Shown here one piece after another: positions 18,445 through 26,780 of a stretch of 64,000 nt of DNA. Under the pieces are notes generated by a model that saw only the letters and a program-made list of their open reading frames with translations, was not told the DNA's origin and searched no databases. The position numbers were made by a program, and so were the translations under genes. The DNA lies in NCBI GenBank assembly GCA_964568625.1, contig CAZMQG010000001.1:19393-83392 (forward strand). Reading direction: 5' to 3'. Each line of letters starts with the position of its first letter. Within the stretch, counting starts at the first letter, position 1. This DNA comes from an uncultured Pseudomonadota bacterium (lineage in GTDB: Bacteria; Babelota; Babeliae; Babelales; RVW-14).

Positions 18445-19383
18445 TTAATATTTAACCCCAACGTATGCAAAAAGAGGGTCATGCAATTTGCATCCAGTTC
18501 GTTCACTAAATTTGATGGGAATCTGTAGTATCGGAGCAGAAAGTTGTTTATTAAACTCATAAAATTCGCCTTCAACCAAATACCCATAAACTCCGCCTAT
18601 TCTTAATAAACTGTTATGCTGAATAGTCAAAAATGGTTCTAGCGGCTTGTGTGTAAAATCTGATGCAATAAGCAGATCGCTTTGCGCCATTTCACCATGT
18701 TTAATTTGCAAAGCATATTCACTTATATCGTCATAAAAATCACACTTTAATTTTAAACTAAGCATGCAACATTCTTTTAAATATGAAAACCAATACAAAA
18801 ACTGAAAAAACATAGCACTAAGCTCGTCAAATCGCAGGTAATATTCGTTAGTCACAGGCATAGCAACAAAATAAGGCTTATATAAATCATCAATAAGATT
18901 GATTTGTATATTCAAAAAACCGCAATCAATTAATTTTGTAACAATAACAAGAGCCTCAAATAACCTTCCGGCTCCCAAAACTGTTACTGTAAGAATATGA
19001 TCTCTTTGTTCAAACGCTCGTCTTACCTGTGACACAATTGCAAGATCAAACACCCCTCTTCGCTCCGGAAATTTAGTTCGATCAAGTTTACTACAAAAAC
19101 ATTCTCCCAAAAAGCCTAATACGTGCTCATCTCTTTTACTTTTAAATTCACGTATTTCAGAAATAAGCATCGCGACCGGCATGTGGGGTGTTCCTGGCGC
19201 AAATGCTTTATCCATAACACTTTTTATATGACTAAATTGCGTTAATTCACCATCACTAAAAGGCTTAGAATATCGTCCAAGCTCAATCGAACAATGTCCA
19301 GCATGACAGATATTATCAATAGACATAAGAAAAGACAAAATATAAAAAATAGAAGCGTTGCGCTTAATATTAAACATGCTCAT
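18445..19383 (-). CDS. hypothetical protein with N-terminal hydrophobic segment; weak Rossmann/methyltransferase-like pattern
   Basis: N-terminus ...ASIFYILSFLMSIDNICHA. VTVLGAGRLFEAL ... INLIDD ... DLLIASDF ... LLRIGGVYGYLV loosely follow class-I MTase motif order. Weak. Confidence 0.3.
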   Translation of the reverse strand: MSMFNIKRNASIFYILSFLMSIDNICHAGHCSIELGRYSKPFSDGELTQFSHIKSVMDKAFAPGTPHMPVAMLISEIREFKSKRDEHVLGFLGECFCSKLDRTKFPERRGVFDLAIVSQVRRAFEQRDHILTVTVLGAGRLFEALVIVTKLIDCGFLNIQINLIDDLYKPYFVAMPVTNEYYLRFDELSAMFFQFLYWFSYLKECCMLSLKLKCDFYDDISEYALQIKHGEMAQSDLLIASDFTHKPLEPFLTIQHNSLLRIGGVYGYLVEGEFYEFNKQLSAPILQIPIKFSERTGCKLHDPLFAYVGVKY

Positions 19384-19480
19384 TCCTAGAAAAAATTATA
19401 TTTAAAAAATAAAAAATATTGATAACGTAAAAGCATTTTAGCAACTTATTTATTATTTGCAAAAATTACTAGATGCTAAA

Positions 19481-20596
19481 TTAAAGATTCTTAATTCCAA
19501 TTCTATTCCAACCATCTGAAATTTTAGCAGCAACAGATTTATCAAAACAGACAGCAATTCCACAATCCCCACCACCAGCGCCAGAAAACTTAGATGCCGC
19601 CCCAAATTTCTGGGCTATTTGAATTAAGCATCCCAACTTTTTTGTTTCAAGATCGATCCCAGACTCAACCCCTAAATTAACAAGTAAATCTCGATTTTGA
19701 TTTATCAAATTAATTATTTCAACCTGATCACACTGTTCAAGAGCACTAACAAGCTTGCATACAACAGAATTTATTGCACCCATAATTTTTTGGTAGGCCT
19801 TCAAATTTTCTTGCTTAAATTTTTGCATCTTTTCAATCAATTTTGGGGTGAAAGCACTATAGCCAACAAACCCTATCAACAATTGCATATTCTCAGGCAA
19901 CTTAATTTCGCTAATTCTTAAATCAGGCCAGTCTAACAAAACAATATTACTTATATTTTTTGCAGAGCAAATCTCGTTTTTAAGCCATTCTGAATTAAAA
20001 ATTTTGTAGATAATCGGCTTTTGATAAGTCGAACAGGCAACGTCAAATCCGCTGCCAAGTTTTCCCGATGCAGAGTAATGCGACAAGCATGCAAGTTTAA
20101 ATACTAACTCCAAGCCTTCACTTGAATCAATATTAAAATCATGAAACTTTAAAATAGACTTGCAAACGGCAACCGTTACAGCAGCACTACTCCCAAGCCC
20201 GGGTTTTACAAAAATAGAGTCATCACTTTTGACAACAGATAACTCCGAATAAACTGATAATTCAAAAGGCTTTATTACAACACCCTGCTCAGTTAAAAAC
20301 TGTAGGCAATTTTTAATGACACAAAAACAGACATTGAATTTTGCAATAAGATGTTCAGGCAAAACTGGGGCAACGGAAAGGTGCCCCATAAGATTTTTCA
20401 GAGTCCATTGCAGAATAACATTTTTTAACCCTATATTCTCAGAATTAAAAATAATTTTTTTGGATTCTTGAATTCGTGCTGTAACAAATTTATTAACAGG
20501 GAGAACTATGCAACTATGCCCAGGCTCAAGAATGCTCCATTCTCCGGAGAGCATAATCTTACCCGGCGCTTTAACCTCAATCACCGGCCACTCCAC
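19481..20596 (-). CDS. mvaK2: phosphomevalonate kinase (GHMP family)
   Basis: GTG start overlapping the MVD stop by 20 nt. KAPGKIMLSGEWSILEPG (PMK-type APGK-x-x-L-x-GE-[YW]-x-x-LEPG), GHMP motif PGLGSSAAVTVA, C-terminal SGAGGGDCGIAV. Confidence 0.7.
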   Translation of the reverse strand: MEWPVIEVKAPGKIMLSGEWSILEPGHSCIVLPVNKFVTARIQESKKIIFNSENIGLKNVILQWTLKNLMGHLSVAPVLPEHLIAKFNVCFCVIKNCLQFLTEQGVVIKPFELSVYSELSVVKSDDSIFVKPGLGSSAAVTVAVCKSILKFHDFNIDSSEGLELVFKLACLSHYSASGKLGSGFDVACSTYQKPIIYKIFNSEWLKNEICSAKNISNIVLLDWPDLRISEIKLPENMQLLIGFVGYSAFTPKLIEKMQKFKQENLKAYQKIMGAINSVVCKLVSALEQCDQVEIINLINQNRDLLVNLGVESGIDLETKKLGCLIQIAQKFGAASKFSGAGGGDCGIAVCFDKSVAAKISDGWNRIGIKNL

Positions 20597-21563
20597 TTAT
20601 AATCGTTTGAATGTCTTCAATTATTTTAAGTTCAGATAAAATTTTATCCTGATACTTTTCAAGAGTTAGAATCTTAACATTAGGACCGGCATCAATTGTA
20701 AAATAACACTGAATCCCATCAGCTCGTAATCGATTAACCAATTCAATAATTTTAATTGTTTTATCCGTCCAGTAATTTATTGTAGGAGTAGACGTATGCA
20801 TTGTTTCATGCATTTCAAGACAATCAACCTGTGCAAGTTCGCCAAGAGTCTCTAAGTCTTTATTTGCAATAGCATTCAGCATAGGTTTTATGCGTCTCTC
20901 AGAAGTTCCAAGCCAATCCTGATAGATTTTACTAGTCTTAGCAGTAATCTGCATAGCATGACTTGAACTTATAGGCTTCTGTTTGGCCTGAACCACTGCA
21001 ATAATTATTTTCAAATCAGGCCAATGATCAGCCTTAAAAAGCTGTTCTGAATACGAATCACTTCCCTGGGAGCAAACGCCTTTGTGCCACAGATTAAATC
21101 CACCCAGTATAGACCTGGATGCAGATCCAGACCCACGACGTGCTAAAATTGAAAGTTCTCTAACATTAAGATTTAGACTACAAAGTTCATTCAACCCTTT
21201 TGCAAGAGCAGCAAAACCGCTTGCGCTGCTGGCAAGCCCTGCAGCAGTTGGAAAGTTATTTACAGAATTAATCTGGAAAAAAGAATCTTGTAGAAACACA
21301 CCTTGTGGAGACTTGTGAGTTGCAAATTTTTTGCGAAAAATATGCAAAAATCGCAAAATTTTCACATTGGATTCGTCACTGGCAAAAGTCCCATTAAGCC
21401 TGATTGTATCAGAATCAGTGAACCCTAATTCTGTAGTTGTTTTTAAAGCATCAAGGGAAATAGATATACTGCTTTTTGTCGGCAGCATAAAAAATTCATC
21501 TCTTTTTCCCCAGTATTTAATTAAAGCTATATTTGCATTTGCCGATGCGATAACGGTATTCAT
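20577..21563 (-). CDS. mvaD: diphosphomevalonate decarboxylase
   Basis: ANANIALIKYWGKRDE...PTKSSISISL and AAGLASSASGFAALA, the typical MVD signatures. Confidence 0.85.
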   Translation of the reverse strand: MNTVIASANANIALIKYWGKRDEFFMLPTKSSISISLDALKTTTELGFTDSDTIRLNGTFASDESNVKILRFLHIFRKKFATHKSPQGVFLQDSFFQINSVNNFPTAAGLASSASGFAALAKGLNELCSLNLNVRELSILARRGSGSASRSILGGFNLWHKGVCSQGSDSYSEQLFKADHWPDLKIIIAVVQAKQKPISSSHAMQITAKTSKIYQDWLGTSERRIKPMLNAIANKDLETLGELAQVDCLEMHETMHTSTPTINYWTDKTIKIIELVNRLRADGIQCYFTIDAGPNVKILTLEKYQDKILSELKIIEDIQTIISGVAGD

Positions 21564-21672
21564 AACTAATTTTTGCCTTTAAAATCAACATAATCTTTAT
21601 TTAAAAATCCAAATGAGTTAAATTGAAAGTGATAATCAGTATAATATAAAAGTTAAATAAATTGAGAAAAAC

Positions 21673-22149
21673 ATGAGATATTCGTTTAAATCCGGGCTCG
21701 GTTTTGGAATTACATCCGGAGTTATCACAACATTGGGACTCCTTGTAGGACTAAATGCCGGAACACAATCTAAGTTGGCAGTTATCGGTGGAATTTTAAC
21801 AATTGCCATCGCGGATACACTTTCAGATTCACTTGGAATGCATATCTCAAAAGAATTTGAATGCCGAACAACAGCAAAAGAAAACTGGGAAGCCACACTC
21901 GTAACATTTTTTTCCAAATTTTTTGTAGCTCTATCATTTATAGTCCCAACGATATACATGGATCTTGAAAAAGCAATAAAAGTTGGTGTCTTATGGGGAC
22001 TTTTCCTTCTCTGTGCATTCAGTTATGTTATAGCAAAAGATAGAAAAGCAAACCCTTTGTATGTCATGGGTGAGCATGTTTTGATAGCATCTGTTGTAAT
22101 ATTAACTGTCCAAATTGTTGGAAATTTCATTAGAAATATTCTTATTTGA
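21673..22149 (+). CDS. small VIT1/CCC1-like membrane protein (putative Fe/Mn transporter family)
   Basis: 158 aa with 4-5 TM segments. GFGITSGVITTLGLLVGL...LTIAIADTLSDSLGMHISKE resembles the VIT-family core. Confidence 0.45.
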   Translation: MRYSFKSGLGFGITSGVITTLGLLVGLNAGTQSKLAVIGGILTIAIADTLSDSLGMHISKEFECRTTAKENWEATLVTFFSKFFVALSFIVPTIYMDLEKAIKVGVLWGLFLLCAFSYVIAKDRKANPLYVMGEHVLIASVVILTVQIVGNFIRNILI

Positions 22150-22160
22150 TCAAAACAACA

Positions 22161-23213
22161 CTAACCCAAAGGATCTGGCCAGAAAAAAAGAACTCCACAG
22201 TCTAGTTTCTCTTTACAAATCAAATCATTTAGCATGTCTCTTGTATCTCCCGCAATTTTTCTTATCAAAGGACTATCCAAACATTCTCTGTAAAAATCAT
22301 CACATAAAAACCAAGAATCACAATAGTTTACATAAGCCATGCAATGTCCATAAAATGGTTGTGCTAATTTTTCAAAATAAACCGCTTGCTTAGTTGCACA
22401 TTTAACAGCTTTTAATTTATAGACTTTTTTAGTACTAATTTTAAAAGAAATTTGAGAAAACACAGATTCAAACCCAGATACAATTTCATAAAAAATCTCT
22501 GGCGCATAAATTAAATCTGATACATGTTTTACCACAAAAAGATCCAATGATGGAATAAAAAGAAAAAAGAAATCCAATCCGTAATCATTAAATCCATGAA
22601 TAGGTAGATTCAAATCTCCATAAACATATTGAATTCCATTATCAATGGGTAAACGCGTTATTTCTTTTAAAGCTATAATAGATTTTTTTTCGTGAGAATA
22701 AAAAAAAGCATGAAGTTCTGAATCCACTATTTCTTTTAATAAAAGGTATTCAGACAACAATACAATACCACCAAACCCACAATCCCAAAACTCTTGGTAA
22801 TACATGCTGTTCATATATTTAAAGATCTCCCAGCATGGAGTATTTGAACAATTAATTATATGTTCACGTAATTCTGAAATTCTTAAATCTGAAAGTCTTT
22901 TCGAAGGTTCTCTTAAAAAAGACATTAATAACTCTTCATTGCAAGTAAATTTTTTAAGATTTTCTCTTAATATTTTTAATTGAACTTCCAACTCATTTTT
23001 AGGCTCTTTTGTTTGATCTATATATGAACAAAATTGGGGAGACTGCAATAAACATTGTAAGGTTGCATTACAAAAACAAATACCTCTTTCTGCGTCATTA
23101 TAAAATGGAATAGGAAAGGTAGGTTGCCCAGGCAAAATAATTGAAAAAGCTAAAGAACAAAAGATTAGATTAATGCTTGTTGATAACATTAATAAAAATC
23201 TTATAACTTTCAT
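22161..23213 (-). CDS. eukaryote-type ubiquitin-specific protease (USP/UBP, peptidase C19)-like protein with signal peptide
   Basis: Cys box ERGICFCNATLQCLLQSPQF (Cys46, codon 23078..23076). His box YKLKAVKC...FYGHCMAYVNYCDSWFLCDDFY (His290, codon 22346..22344). N-terminus MKVIRFLLMLSTSINLIFCSLAFS. Confidence 0.65.
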   Translation of the reverse strand: MKVIRFLLMLSTSINLIFCSLAFSIILPGQPTFPIPFYNDAERGICFCNATLQCLLQSPQFCSYIDQTKEPKNELEVQLKILRENLKKFTCNEELLMSFLREPSKRLSDLRISELREHIINCSNTPCWEIFKYMNSMYYQEFWDCGFGGIVLLSEYLLLKEIVDSELHAFFYSHEKKSIIALKEITRLPIDNGIQYVYGDLNLPIHGFNDYGLDFFFLFIPSLDLFVVKHVSDLIYAPEIFYEIVSGFESVFSQISFKISTKKVYKLKAVKCATKQAVYFEKLAQPFYGHCMAYVNYCDSWFLCDDFYRECLDSPLIRKIAGDTRDMLNDLICKEKLDCGVLFFWPDPLG

Positions 23214-23273
23214 AATCTCTCTTTTTAAAAATGATGCAAAAAAATTTTGATAAACACCTAGGAATCTAGGCTC

Positions 23274-23831
23274 CTAGCATAAATTGGCACCCAATTGAAG
23301 TAGAATTGTAACTATTCCTACATACCCCTTGATAGATGCATAAAATAAAGGCGTTTCACCGGAATTATCTTTGGCATTTACACTCGCACCTCTTGCAAGC
23401 AACAATCTAACCAATCCCTCATGCCCACCAAAGACTGCACAATGTAAAGGGGTAAATCCCAATAATGTTCTATAATTTATCTCCGATCCTTCATCCAAAA
23501 GAATCTGTGCTATATCTTCACGTCCACTACGTGCCGCTAAGTGTAAAGGTATTTCCCCAAATGTTTTTGATGGGATATTAACTAGTGCGCCATTTCTAAT
23601 TAAAAATCGTACTCTTAAAGCATAACCATCTCTAACGGCTTTACAAAGTAAAGTTTCACCTACACAACCATTTTGAGCATTAACATCGCCACCTGCAAGA
23701 ATTAGTTTTGTAATTTCCGTAAAATAGATTGTGTCTAATGCAATTCCTGCTCTATCCATAGCTTGCAACGCAAAGCCAATAAATAAGACACTATGTATTA
23801 CACTAATCAAATATATATTTTTAAAATTCAT
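23274..23831 (-). CDS. ankyrin-repeat protein with signal peptide
   Basis: Start trimmed to MNFKNIYLISVIHSVLFIGFALQA (ATG 23831). Four to five ANK repeats: GETLLCKAVRDGYALRVRFLIRNGALVN, EIPLHLAARSGREDIAQILLDEGSEIN, FTPLHCAVFGGHEGLVRLLLARGASVN, ETPLFYASIKGYVGIVTILLQLGANL. Confidence 0.85.
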   Translation of the reverse strand: MNFKNIYLISVIHSVLFIGFALQAMDRAGIALDTIYFTEITKLILAGGDVNAQNGCVGETLLCKAVRDGYALRVRFLIRNGALVNIPSKTFGEIPLHLAARSGREDIAQILLDEGSEINYRTLLGFTPLHCAVFGGHEGLVRLLLARGASVNAKDNSGETPLFYASIKGYVGIVTILLQLGANLC

Positions 23832-23866
23832 AGCAAATTTAGCCTCATGCCATATAAATGTTACAC

Positions 23867-24556
23867 TCAAAAAACTAAAATTAATGCCCATGTTAGTAAG
23901 ACCGTAAAAAAAACAGAGTCAAACCGATCGAGAAAACCTCCATGCCCAGGTAGCACATTACCAACATCTTTTAAGCCTTTACGTCGTTTTAAAATGGAAA
24001 TTAACATACCACCAAGAAATGCTACCACTGTAAAAATTAACGACATTAAAAGAGTTATTGTAATTGTTAAAATAGTTATTTTGGAAAAATAATAACTAAT
24101 AGGTTCAATTTTAATTTTTGGTAAAATAAAGATGTTTAAAAGTAACACACCTACAAAGCTACCAAAAAATCCTTCCCAAGACTTGCCGGGACTAACTTTT
24201 GGGTAAATCTTATGAACACCCCATGTCTTTCCAAAAAAATATCCAAATGTATCAGCTGTCCATGCAACCAAAAATGGATACAAAGGAAGAAACAAATCAA
24301 TATAATGAAATCGATAGTTAAGAGAAATTAAACTTAACACCGGTAAAATTGGATAAAAAACGGTTACTATCCATGAATATGGGGAATCAAAATTAACAAG
24401 TTTTGGCCATTCAAAAATAAGAACCAACGTAAGAATCATAAACAGCAACAATGAGAACATCGCAACTGAATGCAAGTATGCTCCACCAAAACAAAAAACA
24501 AGAATAAGCGATGTAAATAATCGCTTGATAAATTCAGCACTAAAAATAAAAATCAT
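23867..24556 (-). CDS. cdsA: phosphatidate cytidylyltransferase (CDP-diglyceride synthase)
   Basis: C-terminal signature SILKRRKGLKDVGNVLPGHGGFLDRFDS. Multi-TM protein. ATG 24556 forms an ATGA overlap with the truA stop. Confidence 0.85.
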   Translation of the reverse strand: MIFIFSAEFIKRLFTSLILVFCFGGAYLHSVAMFSLLLFMILTLVLIFEWPKLVNFDSPYSWIVTVFYPILPVLSLISLNYRFHYIDLFLPLYPFLVAWTADTFGYFFGKTWGVHKIYPKVSPGKSWEGFFGSFVGVLLLNIFILPKIKIEPISYYFSKITILTITITLLMSLIFTVVAFLGGMLISILKRRKGLKDVGNVLPGHGGFLDRFDSVFFTVLLTWALILVF

Positions 24557-25320
24557 TTCTTGTAAACCACCTTTCGCAAGCAAAGACCACACGCATCAGC
24601 TTTAAGCAATGTTTGCCGTGGATCTGGATTATCTAACAACGTCTTTAGATAGTTTACAGATAAATTATTACGACGTGAAACATCTAATGCATATCCAATC
24701 ATGCGACGAATTTGAAAACGAAGGAAACCAGGACCTTTTACAGACACTCTAAGTATTCCAAATCGATCGAATCTCTCTAATTTTATGCTATCAATTTTTC
24801 GCACGGTATTTTTGTCATCTTCATCTACTTTGCAAAACGATCCAAAATCATGTTCCCCAATATACAAATTCAAAGATTTTTCAAATTTACCTAAATCAAC
24901 CTGATCTATAAACTTGTATAACCATCCATAACGAGCTAAAAATGGCAAAGGGCGCTTTAAAAAAATATGGTAGTAATACGTTTTTTGCTCAACATTAAAA
25001 CACGCATGAAAACCATCTGGAACCGCTTGCAAATCACGAACCAAAACACTTTTGGGAAGCATATTATTCCAGGCTGATTTAATGATATTTAAATCCAAAT
25101 CAATCGCTAGATTAAACATAGCTACCTGCTCCAATGCATGTACCCCTGAATCCGTACGTGATGCACCAATTAAATTTATTTGATAACCAAAGACCTTATG
25201 AAAAGACTCTTCTAACGTGGATGATACGGAAACTGCCTCCGGCTGCTTTTGCCAGCCAAAAAAATCAGTTCCATCATAAGCGACAACCGCTTTTATCTTT
25301 TGATTTTTCAACTTTTGCAT
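24553..25320 (-). CDS. truA: tRNA pseudouridine(38-40) synthase
   Basis: Start trimmed to MQKLKNQKIKAVVAYDGTDFFGWQKQ. Catalytic-Asp motif GASRTDSGVHAL. Confidence 0.85.
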   Translation of the reverse strand: MQKLKNQKIKAVVAYDGTDFFGWQKQPEAVSVSSTLEESFHKVFGYQINLIGASRTDSGVHALEQVAMFNLAIDLDLNIIKSAWNNMLPKSVLVRDLQAVPDGFHACFNVEQKTYYYHIFLKRPLPFLARYGWLYKFIDQVDLGKFEKSLNLYIGEHDFGSFCKVDEDDKNTVRKIDSIKLERFDRFGILRVSVKGPGFLRFQIRRMIGYALDVSRRNNLSVNYLKTLLDNPDPRQTLLKADACGLCLRKVVYKK

Positions 25321-25580
25321 ATTTTTCCCCAAACTTGAGTTCTTTTTTGCAAAACAGAAATTTTTAACACTAAGATTATTATCCCCATAAAAATTAAGTA
25401 CCCCCATCCAGGCGAACGCCTCGGACAGGGGAAATGGAGGTTATCAAGATTTATTTCAATCCGATCATACAATACATACATAAAAAAATCAAACTATTTC
25501 TTCCCAAATTTTGCATAAGTAATTTTTACCTCTAAAACTATTTCAGTTAATGTATTTAATGTAAGCCAAAGACCAAAAAT

Positions 25581-26777
25581 TTACAGTTTTTTACTAAAAT
25601 TATTTGGAGCCACACCAACATACAATTCTTGATATCTGTGAACAACTTCATCAATGCAAAATTCCGTACAAACAAGCTTAAAATTTTGTTTTCCAATAGA
25701 TTTTATTAATAATTGACCCTCTCGGTAATCTCGAAAAAGTTTACCTATAATAGCTGCATAACTATCAATATCGTTTGGATAAACTAAGAAGCCATTTATT
25801 CCAGGAGTTATAACATCATGATTACTTATATCAAAATTAGTTGAAATAATAGGAAGCCCAAAAGCCATTGCTTCTAGCAATGCAATTGACAATCCCTCGC
25901 TCTGAGATGACAATGCAAAACAATCAAACATCGGATAAAATTTGTAGGCATCAGATCGAAATCCGGTAAAAACTACTTGCTCTTCCATTTTTAAATTTTT
26001 AACTAACTCTTGGAGTGCCATCATCTGACTTCCATCTCCAATTATAACTAATTTTACCCGAAAATTAGATCCTAATTTAACTTCAGTCCCCAAAAATGAT
26101 ACAGCCCTGGCAAATGCTTTAATCAAAACATCATAAGATTTGATAGGCTCAAGTCTACCAACAGCTCCTACAACAAAATCGTTATCAGACAACCTAAAAT
26201 CTTTTCTAGCTAATGGCTCTTTAAAGGCTTTATCTCTCAAGCTTTGCACGTCAATGCCATTTTTAATAACCATAAGTTTAGAACTTACATTACTCTGCTC
26301 TCCCCCGCACTTGTAACTTCCAATAATATTTTTGGAATAAGAATCTTTTACAGAATCCGAAACGGCAACAATTTTAGCACAATAATTTACCGTTCTTCGA
26401 TCAAACCAATTCCTTAAACCCCCTTCATCAAAACTGTTTCCATGAAGGTCACAAATCACAGGAATTTTAGAAATTTTTGATATTACTCTGGCAATTATAT
26501 TAGAAGACCAAAGAGATGAATGTATAACGTCCGGATGAACCAATTTTACTATATTCTTTAAATGCCAAAAACTAAACAAATCATAGGTAAAAAAAAATCC
26601 GGAAATTTTATAAATTCTAATTCCCAGATCTTCAATTTTTTTTACGTTTGGGCCATGATGGAAATACGCAACTGAATGCGTATTCCCATCTTTACCGACA
26701 ACTTTAGATAAATAATTAACTAGAGCACTTTCTGCACCACCTACTTTTAAACTTGTAATTAGGTGCAAAATATTCAT
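25581..26777 (-). CDS. family-4-type (GT-B) glycosyltransferase
   Basis: N-terminus MNILHLITSLKVGGAE. C-terminal E-x7-E region SSQSEGLSIALLEAMAFGLPIISTN. Begins 3 nt after the rpoD stop. Confidence 0.75.
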   Translation of the reverse strand: MNILHLITSLKVGGAESALVNYLSKVVGKDGNTHSVAYFHHGPNVKKIEDLGIRIYKISGFFFTYDLFSFWHLKNIVKLVHPDVIHSSLWSSNIIARVISKISKIPVICDLHGNSFDEGGLRNWFDRRTVNYCAKIVAVSDSVKDSYSKNIIGSYKCGGEQSNVSSKLMVIKNGIDVQSLRDKAFKEPLARKDFRLSDNDFVVGAVGRLEPIKSYDVLIKAFARAVSFLGTEVKLGSNFRVKLVIIGDGSQMMALQELVKNLKMEEQVVFTGFRSDAYKFYPMFDCFALSSQSEGLSIALLEAMAFGLPIISTNFDISNHDVITPGINGFLVYPNDIDSYAAIIGKLFRDYREGQLLIKSIGKQNFKLVCTEFCIDEVVHRYQELYVGVAPNNFSKKL

Positions 26778-26780
26778 AGA

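Noticed and set aside
25408-25580. Locally GC-rich patch with a small hairpin (CCAGGCGAACGCCTCGG) between the GT4 gene and truA, checked as a possible tRNA/SRP/other small RNA
   Set aside because: No T-loop (GTTCRANYC)-like or acceptor pairing and no SRP domain-IV motif (GGAAGCAGCC) could be found by eye. It is probably just a weak terminator or leader structure. Covariance-model scanning would be needed to say more.
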